NCBI GenBank assembly: GCA_021787205.1 | Contig: JAJYME010000006.1 | Coordinates: forward strand, 15,644-79,643 | Length of the DNA stretch: 64,000 nt | Direction: 5' to 3' | Origin: a bacterium | GTDB taxonomy: Bacteria > Patescibacteriota > Minisyncoccia > UBA6257 > Colwellbacteraceae | Part shown: one piece after another, positions 49,790 through 61,569 of the stretch | How the letters are laid out: each line of letters starts with the position of its first letter | Position numbering within the stretch: the stretch's first letter is position 1 | Made by a program: the position numbers and the translations under genes | The notes under the pieces: model-generated | What the model was told of the DNA's origin: nothing | Databases searched by the model: none | Seen by the model: the letters and a program-made list of their open reading frames with translations, nothing else

Positions 49790-50369
49790 AAATCTTGCCG
49801 ATTCTCTGGCAAAGCTCCCCGGAATAGGTCCGAGACAGGCTTTCCGCATCGCCTACTTCTTGGCCGGCAAGGGTAAGGACAACGTCCTCCCTATGGCCAA
49901 GAACCTGGCGGAGATAGTCAAGCTAAAAACTTGCTCCAAGTGTTTCTCTTCCTACGAGGAAGAATCGAAGCTTTGCCCGATTTGTTCTGACTCACGTCGC
50001 AATTCGGGAATCATCGCCATCGTTGAGAAGGAAACGGATGTCGCCTCCATCGAATCAGCCGGAAATTACACCGGGATTTATTTCATCATTGGCGAGATTA
50101 AGAAAACTGGCGGTTTGAATCCGGAAGAAAGAAGAAGGTTGGATAGCTTCAAAGAAAATCTTCAAAGGGATTATCCGGAAGGCGCCGAAGAAATCATAAT
50201 AGGTTTTAATAATACCGCTTATGGCGATATTGGCCGAAGCCTGATCTTGAAAGAACTCAAGCCCTACGCTAAAAAAATAACCTCTTTGGGAAGAGGTATC
50301 CCCACCGGCGGCGAAGTCGAATTTGCTGATCCGGAAACTTTGGCCGAAGCCTTGAAGGGAAGAAATTAA
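49767..50369 (+). CDS. recR: Recombination mediator RecR
   Basis: LPGIGPRQA, C4 zinc finger, GIPTGGEVEFAD. Confidence 0.92.
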   Translation: MKTPNSIRNLADSLAKLPGIGPRQAFRIAYFLAGKGKDNVLPMAKNLAEIVKLKTCSKCFSSYEEESKLCPICSDSRRNSGIIAIVEKETDVASIESAGNYTGIYFIIGEIKKTGGLNPEERRRLDSFKENLQRDYPEGAEEIIIGFNNTAYGDIGRSLILKELKPYAKKITSLGRGIPTGGEVEFADPETLAEALKGRN

Positions 50370-50415
50370 ATTTCAAATAAAAAAACCGCCAAAAGGCGGG
50401 TTTTTTATTTTTTTC

Positions 50416-50721
50416 TTAGATGTTGGTTATTTCAACTTCTGTGAAATATTGGCGGTGGGTTTTTTTCTTGTCAAAGCGGTTCTTTGAGTGGAATTTGAAA
50501 ACGATCTTTTTGTCGTCTCTTCCGTTCTTCAAGACTTTAGCTTCAACTTTGGCGCCCTCTACATAGGGCTTTCCGATTTCAACTCCGGACTCCTTTTCAC
50601 GGAAAAGGACTTTGTCAAAAGTGACAGTTTTGCCTTCTTCAACTTCGAGCTTTTCAACTCTTAATTTTTCTCCGAGAGTGGCAATATATTGCTTTCCGCC
50701 TGTTTCTATAACAGCAAACAT
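50416..50721 (-). CDS. rplU: Ribosomal protein bL21
   Basis: MFAVIETGGKQY, HRQYFT. Confidence 0.96.
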   Translation of the reverse strand: MFAVIETGGKQYIATLGEKLRVEKLEVEEGKTVTFDKVLFREKESGVEIGKPYVEGAKVEAKVLKNGRDDKKIVFKFHSKNRFDKKKTHRQYFTEVEITNI

Positions 50722-50731
50722 GATATGGATA

Positions 50732-51040
50732 TTACCATAATGTCCTGAAAAATGCAACCTTCATAAAGACAGTAAAAACGGCTGCCAGATTCAAAAAGAC
50801 CAGGATGTAGGCTAAGAGCCGGTCGCGATAGAAAAGGTAGCTGGCGATAAAAAAATTAAATCCGATGAGGGCTAGGGTGCCTGCAGAAAGCTTCAAAATG
50901 GCCGCCTTGCCCCATTCCGAGCTTCCGACGATATAATAGCCGTCCGGAGCTAAAAGGGCCAAAATAGCCGCGAAAAGAACCAAGGCCAGGCTAAGAATCA
51001 AAGCCGTGGAATATAATGGATGCTTTTTGATGAAAAACAC
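50732..51040 (-). CDS. Small hypothetical membrane protein
   Basis: Three hydrophobic segments; fills the tRNA-Glu to rplU gap. Confidence 0.6.
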   Translation of the reverse strand: MFFIKKHPLYSTALILSLALVLFAAILALLAPDGYYIVGSSEWGKAAILKLSAGTLALIGFNFFIASYLFYRDRLLAYILVFLNLAAVFTVFMKVAFFRTLW

Positions 51041-51041
51041 G

Positions 51042-51114
51042 CAGCCCCAAGGGAAATCGAATCCCTGTTTTCAGGATGAGAACCTGACGTCCTAGGCCAC
51101 TAGACGATGGGGCC
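51042..51114 (-). tRNA. tRNA-Glu(CTC), CCA not encoded
   Basis: GGCCCCA/TGGGGCT acceptor, anticodon loop TTCTCAT. Confidence 0.92.
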
Positions 51115-51219
51115 AAAATCAATATTAGGGATTATACATAAAAATCCAAGCAAGAGCAATAATGAAAAATTGTTTTTCATTACACATAAAAATCCGCCAG
51201 CTTAAAGAGATTGGCGGAT

Positions 51220-52086
51220 TTATTTTTTGCTTTTGGACTTTGAAGCCGACGTCTCCCTCGTCTTTGTCTGGCTATTAAGTCTCGCTGAAGATTTTGGGAA
51301 CTTTACCTTCTTCGCGATGTCAGTCGTCAGCTTGATGAATCCCGGGAATCTTATCGGCTCCCTTATTTCCTTTTGAGTTTTGGAATAGATCTTCCCCCTC
51401 TTCACAACCAAAAAACACCTGGTCAGTTGGACGGATAATTCTTTGACGGCATGCGCGGCAGCAACAATCTTTGTCTCATATCCGCCGCTATACCTCCTGA
51501 AGGAGGTGATTACGTAAATCTGGGGATCGAATTCGATCTTTCCGTGTTGTCTTATCCTTTTTGAGAGGTCGATGTCTTGCCCCCAATTTATTTCAGTGTT
51601 GAATCCTCCGACTAAGTCGTAAATCTCCTTCTTGACTGCCATATTGACGCAAGGAAGAAGAGTTGGCGCCACCTTCTTATAGATCCTGAAGACAAATTGC
51701 TTCATAAAAAAGTTTATGGCGACGTCGGCATCGTAAAAAAGATAAGGTCCGCCTATGGCATACAGGTTCTTGTCTTCTTCGAATTTCTTATTTATCTTCT
51801 CGATCCAGTCAACCGGCAACTCCGTATCGGCATCGGTGAAGACCAAGATCTCCCCCGTCGCTTCCGAAACCCCTTTGCGCAAGGCATAGGAAATTCCCTT
51901 CTGAGGCTCATCAACCACCCTCACCCCATAACTCTCCGCCACCTCTTTGGTATTGTCGGTCGAGGCGTTATTGGAAACGATTATTTCCAAAAAGCCTTTG
52001 TAATTCTGGCGCTTAAGCGATTCAAGGCATCTTCCTATGTATTTTTCCTCGTTGTAAGCAGGAATGACGACTGAAAATCTGTACAT
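51220..52086 (-). CDS. Family 2 glycosyltransferase
   Basis: SVVIPAYNEE, FTDAD, GGF. Confidence 0.92.
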   Translation of the reverse strand: MYRFSVVIPAYNEEKYIGRCLESLKRQNYKGFLEIIVSNNASTDNTKEVAESYGVRVVDEPQKGISYALRKGVSEATGEILVFTDADTELPVDWIEKINKKFEEDKNLYAIGGPYLFYDADVAINFFMKQFVFRIYKKVAPTLLPCVNMAVKKEIYDLVGGFNTEINWGQDIDLSKRIRQHGKIEFDPQIYVITSFRRYSGGYETKIVAAAHAVKELSVQLTRCFLVVKRGKIYSKTQKEIREPIRFPGFIKLTTDIAKKVKFPKSSARLNSQTKTRETSASKSKSKK

Positions 52087-52136
52087 ATGTTTCTTTATCT
52101 CGAATTATACAACAAAAAAACGGATAAATATATCCG

Positions 52137-53426
52137 TTAATTTGAAAGCCATCTGCCATACTGACGAACCAGCAGGTCCCTGGCCATCTCCGGCTCCGCC
52201 ATCAAAGAATAGGTTATTTTTTCCATTCTGGCGGATTGCGATCCCTTTATCAATATCAGGTCGTTCGGACCGGCGACTGAAGGAATGTATTTTTGAGCCT
52301 CGATCAGATTGCTGAATTTTTTTATTTTCTTGTCATCCATTCCCGCCGCGATCGCTCCTTCGGCGATCTTGTAGGATTTCTCCCCGACCAAGAACAGAAG
52401 GTCGATCTTTTTCTCAGCTAACGATTTTCCAACCTCCCTATGGACCTCGTCAGCTAGGCTTCCCAATTCGGCCATATGGCCGAGGACGGCAATCTTCCTA
52501 TCAAGCTTGGTTTCAGCCAAAGCCTCGATAGCTCCGAACATCGCCGCCGGAGAGGCGTTATAGGTATCATCGATCAACCATGACCCCCTGATGCCTTTTA
52601 TGATATTGGCCCTTCCCGGGAGTGACTTGAAGCCCTGCAAGGCTTCCTTGGCGGCGAAAATATCGAAACCAAGAATCTCCGCTACTGCGATCGCCGAAGC
52701 AAAGGCATAGCTTTGAGCCTTCCCCAAGACTCCGGCAAGCTTTATCGGCAAAATCTTGTTTTCCGAAACCAGCTTGAAAGAGATTCCTTTAGGTACTCCT
52801 CTCTCGATATCATTCTCAAAATCATTGATGCAGACATCCGATGACTTGTAAAATCCGAAGGAGACCGTCACCGCCTTAGTCTCTTTCCCGAGGAACTTGG
52901 TAAACTCGTCATCCGCATTGATGACGGCAAAATCGTTCTCCGAGAGACATCTTATCAATTTCGATTTTTCCCTAACCACCTCCGTTGGCGAAGCATAGTA
53001 TTCGACATGGACCGGATATTTGGATATTCCCGAAATTACCGAAATATGAGGCTTGGCGATATTTATCAGATAATCAAGGTCTCCCGGCTTGTCGGCCGCG
53101 TATTCCAGGACCAATATCTCCGGATAATCGGTTTTTAACAATATTGTCTTGATCCCGGTCAACACCACCTTGATCCAAAACAATTTTCCAGAAACTTGTT
53201 TGAAGTCACCGATGATCGCCAAGGGGAATCCCAATTCGTTGTTGAAATTACCGTAAGCAGTTCGGCTCTTCTTGAATTTGGAGACAACCGCATAGATCGC
53301 CTCCTTGGCAGAACTCTTGCCATAACTGCCGGTAATCCCTACAATCGTCGGATTATATTTTTTTATTATTTTTACTGAAAGACTCCTTAAAGTCCTCTCT
53401 AGCAGTTTAATGAGCGCTTGTTTCAT
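52137..53426 (-). CDS. murF: UDP-MurNAc-tripeptide--D-Ala-D-Ala ligase
   Basis: GITGSYGKSS, NFNNELG, DDTYNASP, LIKGS. Confidence 0.92.
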   Translation of the reverse strand: MKQALIKLLERTLRSLSVKIIKKYNPTIVGITGSYGKSSAKEAIYAVVSKFKKSRTAYGNFNNELGFPLAIIGDFKQVSGKLFWIKVVLTGIKTILLKTDYPEILVLEYAADKPGDLDYLINIAKPHISVISGISKYPVHVEYYASPTEVVREKSKLIRCLSENDFAVINADDEFTKFLGKETKAVTVSFGFYKSSDVCINDFENDIERGVPKGISFKLVSENKILPIKLAGVLGKAQSYAFASAIAVAEILGFDIFAAKEALQGFKSLPGRANIIKGIRGSWLIDDTYNASPAAMFGAIEALAETKLDRKIAVLGHMAELGSLADEVHREVGKSLAEKKIDLLFLVGEKSYKIAEGAIAAGMDDKKIKKFSNLIEAQKYIPSVAGPNDLILIKGSQSARMEKITYSLMAEPEMARDLLVRQYGRWLSN

Positions 53427-55062
53427 TTTCGATTCTGTCTGGGACTACGTTATAATATACCAACAAAAATTCGGCTAATTCGCGGAAGGCGGGGACTATT
53501 GTCTGCCCTGCCAAGGGCGCGCCCTCCGGTTCATCCATTCTTAGAAGTATCGAGAACTTAGGGTCTGAGGCCGGCGCGAAACCGATATAAGTATTGATGA
53601 CGTCCTCCGTATATCGTCCGTTCTTCGGAACCAATGCCGTTCCCGTCTTTCCCGCCACTGAGTAATTCTTTATGTGGGCGATTCTAGCCTTATCGACGGC
53701 GGAAATCATTATTTTCTTAACGGTTTCAGCTGATTCCTTGGTGATTGGTTGGCCCAACTCCTCTTCTTTCGTTCCAGCGATTATGAATGGTTTCATCATT
53801 ATGCCTCCGTTTGCTACCGCGTTAACCGCCGTCAGCATCCTAAGGGGCGTAACGGAAACTCCATGGCCAAAAGAAGCCGTAGCGAAATTTACCGGTACCG
53901 CGTTCTTTTCAAGCCCGGAGATGTCTCCCCTGACCTCGCCAGGCAATCCGGCGACATCAAGCTTCTTATCAAAGCCAAACTTCTTGATATAGCCGAGGAA
54001 AGTCTGACCTCCCATCTGCTGTTCCATAAAGATGGTTCCGGTATTGATTGATTGTTCGATGACCTCAGCCATCGTTAAGGTGCCGTGCGCCTTGTTATCC
54101 CAGTTCTTGATCGTCCTGCCGTTGATGGTGGCCGACCCGGAATCATAATAAGTCGTGCTCGGTGTAAATGAGTGGGAGTCAATTCCTGCCGAAACTGTCA
54201 CAATCTTGAATACCGAACCCGGCTCATATGTCGTCTGGACAGTCCTGTTAAGATAGTTGGCCATTTCCGATTTGCCATAATCGTTCGGATCATAAGTCGG
54301 AGTGCTTGCCATTGCCAGTATTTTCCCTGTCTTTGGCTCCATTACGATTACCTGCCCTTCCTTGGCCTTGAACTTAGTCACCAGATTGGTAAGGATTTTC
54401 TCGGATTGGGCTTGGACGGTTGGATCGATTGTCAGGTTTATATCTTCTCCGACTCCAGTCACATCATTCTTTCCGCTAAGCTCATCATCGTAAAAAGCCT
54501 CAAGCCCATACTTGCCCTCGCCCTCCTTGGAGACAAAACCGAGCACTTGGCTCGCGAGCGTTCCGAAAGGATAAAACCTCCTTTTGTCGTTCGATATATA
54601 GATCCCCTTCATATTCCAAGAATCGATTTCGGTGACGACGCTTTCCGGAACATTCTTCGCCAATTCCTCATACTGTCTCTTCGGGTTAGATATCTTGGCA
54701 TAGATCTCGTCAGCGTTGTCCGTGCCCAAAACTAAGGCGATGTTACTGGATAGCTCCTTCAAGTCCCGACCCTCTCTTGCGAGAGCCTCCGGGTTGGCCG
54801 CCAGATTCGGATACTCCTTGTTTGAAGCTGCCGGAATCAAAGTGTTGTTCTTGTCGGTAAAGTTGATTACTCCGCGAACCAGGTTTTTTGTCAGATCTCC
54901 GGTCGAAGCATTAGCATTTGAAGCGATGCTGCGTTCGATTTGAAGGCTATAGAGATGGACTCCCAAGCCGCCATATAAAACCAAAAAGAAGCCGATCGCC
55001 AAAACGAAGCGATAGCTTTCTTTTAACCTTGCTGCAAAATAACCGACTGTTTTTGTGATCAA
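53407..55062 (-). CDS. ftsI: Class B PBP, FtsI-like
   Basis: EPGSVFK, SIN, KTGT; after mraZ-rsmH-ftsL; start probably TTG 55062. Confidence 0.85.
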   Translation of the reverse strand: MITKTVGYFAARLKESYRFVLAIGFFLVLYGGLGVHLYSLQIERSIASNANASTGDLTKNLVRGVINFTDKNNTLIPAASNKEYPNLAANPEALAREGRDLKELSSNIALVLGTDNADEIYAKISNPKRQYEELAKNVPESVVTEIDSWNMKGIYISNDKRRFYPFGTLASQVLGFVSKEGEGKYGLEAFYDDELSGKNDVTGVGEDINLTIDPTVQAQSEKILTNLVTKFKAKEGQVIVMEPKTGKILAMASTPTYDPNDYGKSEMANYLNRTVQTTYEPGSVFKIVTVSAGIDSHSFTPSTTYYDSGSATINGRTIKNWDNKAHGTLTMAEVIEQSINTGTIFMEQQMGGQTFLGYIKKFGFDKKLDVAGLPGEVRGDISGLEKNAVPVNFATASFGHGVSVTPLRMLTAVNAVANGGIMMKPFIIAGTKEEELGQPITKESAETVKKIMISAVDKARIAHIKNYSVAGKTGTALVPKNGRYTEDVINTYIGFAPASDPKFSILLRMDEPEGAPLAGQTIVPAFRELAEFLLVYYNVVPDRIENETSAH

Positions 55063-55081
55063 GTTATAAAGACTTCTTGAG

Positions 55082-55384
55082 TTACATCGAGGCAAAAACC
55101 CATCTTGGGTTCTTTTCCTCAACCAGACCTTTTTCAGTGGCAACTTGAGACGCGCGATTCGGATCGATCGCATAAAAGAGTTTGCTCTTTATTTCGGTGT
55201 TCCTGGCGTTCTCCTCATCGATTTTTTGCTCAATCTGCGCTATTTCATATTTTATCCCGGTATAGTTCGCATAGCAAATGGCGACGGGGATGAACGTCGA
55301 AAGCACAAGAGTGCCGGTTATCACTGAAACGGCTATTGCATTTCTTCTCTTTCTTTCGTTGTTAGGCCTTATTAAAAGTGTCAT
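55082..55384 (-). CDS. FtsL-like bitopic coiled-coil protein
   Basis: TM plus coiled coil between rsmH and ftsI. Confidence 0.65.
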   Translation of the reverse strand: MTLLIRPNNERKRRNAIAVSVITGTLVLSTFIPVAICYANYTGIKYEIAQIEQKIDEENARNTEIKSKLFYAIDPNRASQVATEKGLVEEKNPRWVFASM

Positions 55385-55395
55385 GGTTTATTTTA

Positions 55396-56301
55396 TTATT
55401 TAGCTCTTTGTGCGACCCTGATTTTTGCGGATCGGGCGCGTGGGTTTTGTTTTTGTTCTTCGTAAGAAACTGGGATCGGCTTTTTGGTCAGGATCTCGAT
55501 TTCACCTGCCTTGTTCAAAGCCTTGAATTTTTCCTTTACCTCCCTGTCTTCAAGCGACTGGAAAGTGATTATGACCGCCCTTCCTCCTGGGGCCAGTATC
55601 TCAGGCAAGTCATCGAGCACCTTTCTTAGATGTTCTATTTCCTTATTGGCAAAGATTCTGAATGCCAGAAAAGTCCTGGTCGCGGGGTTGATCCTTCCTC
55701 CTTCATATTTTTGAGGCAGGGTAGATTTTATTATCTCCACCAGTTCCCCGGTGGTCTCTATCTTTTTCTTCCTTTCGGCTTTCCAGATGGCTTCAGCGAT
55801 CTTTCTTGAATATCGCTCTCCCGAATAGTTATAGATTACGTCCGCTATCTCCTGTTTGGACATCTGCCTCAAGAGATTCTTCAACGGCTCTTCATTGTCA
55901 GAGTATGTCATTAAGAGCGGCTCGTCTTTCTGGAAGCTGAATCCCCTGCCTTCTTCAAGTTGCAAGGAGGAGAACCCGAGGTCAAGGAGGATCCCGTCAG
56001 CCTTAGGCAGCTTCTTCGATTCTAATGTTTCCCTGATTTCCGAATAATTGGCAAAGGCGGCGTGGGTCTTTATGCCTTTCGGCTTGAATGCCTGCGCCCG
56101 CTTATAAGCCGTCTCATCCCTGTCTACCAAAAGCATCATTCCATCCCCTTGCAGGGCCTCAGCAATCATCCCCGAGTGTCCGCCGCCGCCGAAAGTCCCG
56201 TCAATGATGAATTCTCCCGGTTGGACTGAGAGATATTCCATTACTTCCTTCGGCATTACTGAGATATGTCCTTGTTGTTTTTCGGTATTGTCGTGTGTCA
56301 T
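55396..56301 (-). CDS. rsmH: 16S rRNA C1402 methyltransferase
   Basis: DGTFGGGGHS, DLGFSS, NPRARSAK. Confidence 0.96.
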   Translation of the reverse strand: MTHDNTEKQQGHISVMPKEVMEYLSVQPGEFIIDGTFGGGGHSGMIAEALQGDGMMLLVDRDETAYKRAQAFKPKGIKTHAAFANYSEIRETLESKKLPKADGILLDLGFSSLQLEEGRGFSFQKDEPLLMTYSDNEEPLKNLLRQMSKQEIADVIYNYSGERYSRKIAEAIWKAERKKKIETTGELVEIIKSTLPQKYEGGRINPATRTFLAFRIFANKEIEHLRKVLDDLPEILAPGGRAVIITFQSLEDREVKEKFKALNKAGEIEILTKKPIPVSYEEQKQNPRARSAKIRVAQRAK

Positions 56302-56729
56302 ATTCCCAAATCAGTCATTTGTTCCGCGATTCTGTCCGACTCAGCTTCGGTTCTTGTCTTGTATTCATCCCAAGACTTCGAATCCCAAATTTCAATCCTG
56401 CTGTAAACTCCGGCCAGAACGATGTTCTTCTCCAAGCCGGCATACTTTCGCAAATAGTCCGGTATCAATATCCTTCCTTGCGAATCTATCTCGCATTCCG
56501 AGGCGCCGGAAAGCATCAGTCTTGAAAAAGCTCTGGCGTTAGAGGCTGTCATCGGCAACGCAGAAATCTTCTGCGCCAAAATCTCCCATTCCTCGCCGGT
56601 AAATACAAAAAGACAGCGGTCAAGTCCGCGTGTAACGACCGCGCCGGAAGATAAACTGTTTCTGAACTTTGCGGGAATCGCCAATCTTCCTTTGGCATCA
56701 AGGTTGTGCTCGTATTCGCCGATAAACAT
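56298..56729 (-). CDS. mraZ: Transcriptional regulator MraZ
   Basis: MFIGEY..DAKGR..DSQGR. Confidence 0.96.
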   Translation of the reverse strand: MFIGEYEHNLDAKGRLAIPAKFRNSLSSGAVVTRGLDRCLFVFTGEEWEILAQKISALPMTASNARAFSRLMLSGASECEIDSQGRILIPDYLRKYAGLEKNIVLAGVYSRIEIWDSKSWDEYKTRTEAESDRIAEQMTDLGI

Positions 56730-56730
56730 C

Positions 56731-56755
56731 TCCACTTTTCCCCACTTTTACCCAC
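56731..56755 (-). promoter_or_regulatory. MraZ binding boxes
   Basis: GTGGG, GTGGG, GTGGA at 10-nt spacing directly upstream of mraZ. Confidence 0.85.
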
Positions 56756-56851
56756 CTATACTCTTAATTGTACTTATTTTGGTCTCAGCGTCAAAGCGAG
56801 TTATGCACAGGTAATAAAAAAGACCCGTTTTCACGAGTCTTTTGATTTCTA

Positions 56852-57985
<1,134 letters not shown>

Positions 57986-58074
57986 TTATTCCATAAAGCC
58001 TACTAGAAACCAAGCCAAAAGTAAAACTTGGTTTGTAAATCAAAACACCCCCCGAGGGAGTGTTTTGATCATTA

Positions 58075-58986
58075 TTATTGATGTTTGAAATATTCTTCAA
58101 GAGGCGGGACAATCTGCTTCTTTCGAGACATCAATCCCGGGATATAGATAGACCTCTTTCCTTCCGGAATGGAGACTCCGAAAGCTTTCTCGACTATCGT
58201 TTTGTCTCCTGAGAAGAAGAGCTCGCTTCCCTCGTTGACGATATCAGTCGCGGCGAAGAAGACGATTCTGTGTCCATCTTTCTGCATTATGCCGTCAAGA
58301 TAAGAAACGATATCGTTATATTTCTCTACCAGCTCGCTCATATCGACGACTTCCGTCTGACCGATGCCGACTGAATTTCCAGCCATATCAAAATCCTTGT
58401 AATCAGCCTTGACGATCTGTTCGATTGTCTTGTCTTTCAATGAGGCATTAGCCTTCTTCACCTCAAGACCAAAAGCCTGGATATCGGTTATTCCGGCAAT
58501 CTTTGCCAGGTTCCCGGCAATCAACTTGTCTTCGTCGGTCGTCGTCGGTGATTTGAAGATTACCGTATCGGATAAGAGCGCTCCGAGCAAGGCTCCGGCC
58601 AGATTGGGATTGTTTTCCAACTGTCCGATATAGAGCTTGCCGATGATTGAGGCGGTCGAGCCGACCGGTTCAAAGTGAAGGTATACCGGCTTTGATGTCG
58701 AAAACTGGATCTTATGGTGATCGATGACCCCCACGATCTCGGCATTTTCTATTCCGTCCACGATCTGGGTCTGCTCGTTATGATCGACCAAAAAGACCTT
58801 GTTTCCGGAAATGTCGGTCACGAGCTCCGGAACCGGCAGGTTGAATCTATTCAAGACGAATTCAGTCTCCTTGTTCAACTCCCCCGCCCTTGCCGCCTTG
58901 CATCTCATGAGCTCAGCGAGAGCGACGGCGGAAACAACGGAATCGGTATCCGGGGATTTATGACCTATTACTATTACTTTTTCCAT
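58075..58986 (-). CDS. ppaC: Mn-dependent inorganic pyrophosphatase (family II)
   Basis: GHKSPDTDS, DHH, SRKKQ. Confidence 0.95.
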   Translation of the reverse strand: MEKVIVIGHKSPDTDSVVSAVALAELMRCKAARAGELNKETEFVLNRFNLPVPELVTDISGNKVFLVDHNEQTQIVDGIENAEIVGVIDHHKIQFSTSKPVYLHFEPVGSTASIIGKLYIGQLENNPNLAGALLGALLSDTVIFKSPTTTDEDKLIAGNLAKIAGITDIQAFGLEVKKANASLKDKTIEQIVKADYKDFDMAGNSVGIGQTEVVDMSELVEKYNDIVSYLDGIMQKDGHRIVFFAATDIVNEGSELFFSGDKTIVEKAFGVSIPEGKRSIYIPGLMSRKKQIVPPLEEYFKHQ

Positions 58987-59036
58987 TTTGTTATTGTCTC
59001 TTATATTACATTAAATTGCCTTTCTTTCAAACGCTG

Positions 59037-59747
59037 TTAGAACCTGAGATACTTGTACCAGTATTCGTAAAGCTTGGCCGTTGAGACGATATCCCTGGCG
59101 TTGTATTCGGCTATTTCCAAGCACCTGCCGTCGCGGAACATCTGATGGACCGCCGCGCCGTCGACATCTTCTGTCTTCGGACTCTCGATTCCAAAAGCGT
59201 GACACCAGAGATTCAAAGAGCCCCTATACCTGGCCGCGCCGTAAAAAGAAAGCTGGTCAAAAAGATCGACATGCCGCATTTCGTATTTTTGGGAAGATAT
59301 GTATCTGTTTGAAAGCAGATCCTTCGAGGGACGGATGCCGTGGATCGCCGAGCGGATCATGACATAGGGCGCGTCAAACATTCTTGAATTGAATCCGACA
59401 AGCTCGTCCACTCCGCGAATCAGCTCCCAGAACTTGAGAAGGATATCCTTCTCGCTCATCGAGATGTACTTGATCCCCTCCTTCTCCTCGTTGTAAACCT
59501 TGTCCTTGGATTGGAAATAAACGGCCCCTTTCTTGTTGTCCGGGTCGTATACGCCCAAGGCGACGATTTCGCCGGTGGCCGGAGAAAAACCTAACTCGTC
59601 TTTCTTCTGTTGGAGGATGGTCTCGAAATCTTCTCCGTTCAATGAGGCTAATTCTTTGGCTTCAGCCTCCAATTTCTTTTTTGTTATCAAATCGACTTCC
59701 TCGTAAGGCATTGAGGTCGTCTCGAGGTCAAATACTAATTTTGGCAT
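59037..59747 (-). CDS. PolB-related 3'-5' exonuclease (DEDDy)
   Basis: FDLET, FNSRMFD, YNARD. Confidence 0.85.
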   Translation of the reverse strand: MPKLVFDLETTSMPYEEVDLITKKKLEAEAKELASLNGEDFETILQQKKDELGFSPATGEIVALGVYDPDNKKGAVYFQSKDKVYNEEKEGIKYISMSEKDILLKFWELIRGVDELVGFNSRMFDAPYVMIRSAIHGIRPSKDLLSNRYISSQKYEMRHVDLFDQLSFYGAARYRGSLNLWCHAFGIESPKTEDVDGAAVHQMFRDGRCLEIAEYNARDIVSTAKLYEYWYKYLRF

Positions 59748-59767
59748 GTTGTTTTTGTTTTTTCTTT

Positions 59768-61018
59768 TTATTTGTTCTTTTCTTTGAAATATTTGCGTCC
59801 GAGAAGCTTGTCAGGAAGATAGGTTTGCTCGATCGGGCCGTCATAATCAGGATTATATTTATAACCCTTGCTGTAGCCGATCTCCTTCATCAATTTTGTT
59901 GGCGCGTTTCGCAAGTGAAGCGGCACTGGCAAGTCTGGTTGGGATTTAACATCCGCCATTGCCTCGTTGAACGCCTTGTAGACCGCAATCGACTTCGGAC
60001 ACTTCGCCATATAGACGACCGCCTGCGCCAGATTCACTCCGCATTCCGGCATCCCGATAAATCGGGCGGCATCATAAGCGGCCAAAGCTTGGGTCAAAGC
60101 CGCCGGATTGGCTAGGCCTATATCCTCGGAGGCGAACCTGATAACCCTTCTCGCGATATAGAGAGGATCTTCTCCGGCCGCCAGCATCCTTGTGAGCCAA
60201 TAGATCGAAGCGTCAGCATCGGAACCTCTCATCGATTTATGAAGGGCTGAGATAAGATTATAATGACCCTCGCCATTCTTATCATAAATAAAATGGGATT
60301 TCTGAAATGCCTCTTTGGCCCTTTCAAGGTCTATGACTAACTCGCCCTTCTCGTTCTCCTTGTAAGACTTCACGGCGAATTCCAGGGAATTCAAAGCGGT
60401 TCTTGCGTCGCCATTGGCGGACATTGAAAGGAATCCGATAGCGTCTTCATCTATTCTTATCTTGAAGTTTCCCAAACCTTTCTTTTTGTCCTCCACCGCC
60501 CGAAGTATTATATTCTTGACGCTGTCTTCCTCAAGGGAGTTAAAAACGAAGACCTTGCATCGTGACAATAACGCCGAGTTGACCTCAAAGCTGGGATTCT
60601 CCGTCGTCGCCCCGATCAAGGTGATGGTCCCGTTTTCAACAAACGGCAAGAAAGCATCTTGTTGGGATTTATTAAACCTGTGAATCTCGTCGACAAAAAG
60701 GATCGTTCTCTGTCCGGTGGCTATGTTCCTCTTGCTGGCTTCCTCGATTATCTCACGAACTTCTTTGACCCCTCCGGCTACTGCCGAGAATTGGACAAAG
60801 ACACTTTCGGTCGTTTCGGCAATGATCCTTGCCAAGGTCGTCTTGCCGCAGCCTGGAGGACCCCAGAAGATCATCGAAGGAATATCGTCCCTCTCTATCG
60901 CCAGGCGTAAGATCTTCCCGTCCCCGATAATATCGAATTGACCCTCAAAATCAGCCAATGTTTTTGGCCTCATTCTTTCGGAAAGCGGTACTAGTTTTGA
61001 GTCGTCAAAAAGGCCCAT
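59768..61018 (-). CDS. rarA: Replication-associated recombination protein RarA/MgsA
   Basis: GPPGCGKTT, DEIHRFNKSQQD, SALHKSMRGSD. Confidence 0.95.
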   Translation of the reverse strand: MGLFDDSKLVPLSERMRPKTLADFEGQFDIIGDGKILRLAIERDDIPSMIFWGPPGCGKTTLARIIAETTESVFVQFSAVAGGVKEVREIIEEASKRNIATGQRTILFVDEIHRFNKSQQDAFLPFVENGTITLIGATTENPSFEVNSALLSRCKVFVFNSLEEDSVKNIILRAVEDKKKGLGNFKIRIDEDAIGFLSMSANGDARTALNSLEFAVKSYKENEKGELVIDLERAKEAFQKSHFIYDKNGEGHYNLISALHKSMRGSDADASIYWLTRMLAAGEDPLYIARRVIRFASEDIGLANPAALTQALAAYDAARFIGMPECGVNLAQAVVYMAKCPKSIAVYKAFNEAMADVKSQPDLPVPLHLRNAPTKLMKEIGYSKGYKYNPDYDGPIEQTYLPDKLLGRKYFKEKNK

Positions 61019-61120
61019 CGATTTACCGTTATGATAACCCATTTGCCATAAAAATGAAAAAGCCGGACTTGACAGTCCGGCTTATTTTTTGCGTTCGTGA
61101 TTGGATATGCTGCAGCACTC

Positions 61121-61483
61121 TTACGCGATCGTATGACGCGATCTTTGGATGCACTTCAATATATTCGCGGGAGATTCTCCGCAGCGAAGCCTCTCGGTGT
61201 ATTCGAGGACAGAAAGGAATGAGCCAATCTGGTTGTCAGTGTTCGTGGCCACCATAAGGATCAACGCCCTTCCCTCCGGAGCCAGATCGAGCGGATAGAC
61301 AAGACGCTCAAGAAACGACACCCCGTCGATTCCGTAGAGCCCCGCTATCTGACAAGCCGCTTGAGGTACTGGATTTGACCTTCCGATAATCGATTTCAGC
61401 TGCCTTCTTTGCTCATCCGTGACATTTTTTCCGTATAGCATGTTGGCAAGCGCATCAACTTCATTTCTCTGATGTCTCACCAT
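61121..61483 (-). CDS. Orphan hypothetical protein (120 aa)
   Basis: SD GGGGTG, own promoter and terminator. Confidence 0.65.
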   Translation of the reverse strand: MVRHQRNEVDALANMLYGKNVTDEQRRQLKSIIGRSNPVPQAACQIAGLYGIDGVSFLERLVYPLDLAPEGRALILMVATNTDNQIGSFLSVLEYTERLRCGESPANILKCIQRSRHTIA

Positions 61484-61569
61484 GAGATCACACCCCTTTT
61501 CAAATTATTGGAACGATGGATTCTGATTAAAGATTACTCCCCTTGGCTCCCCAAAGTCAAATAAGGCTC

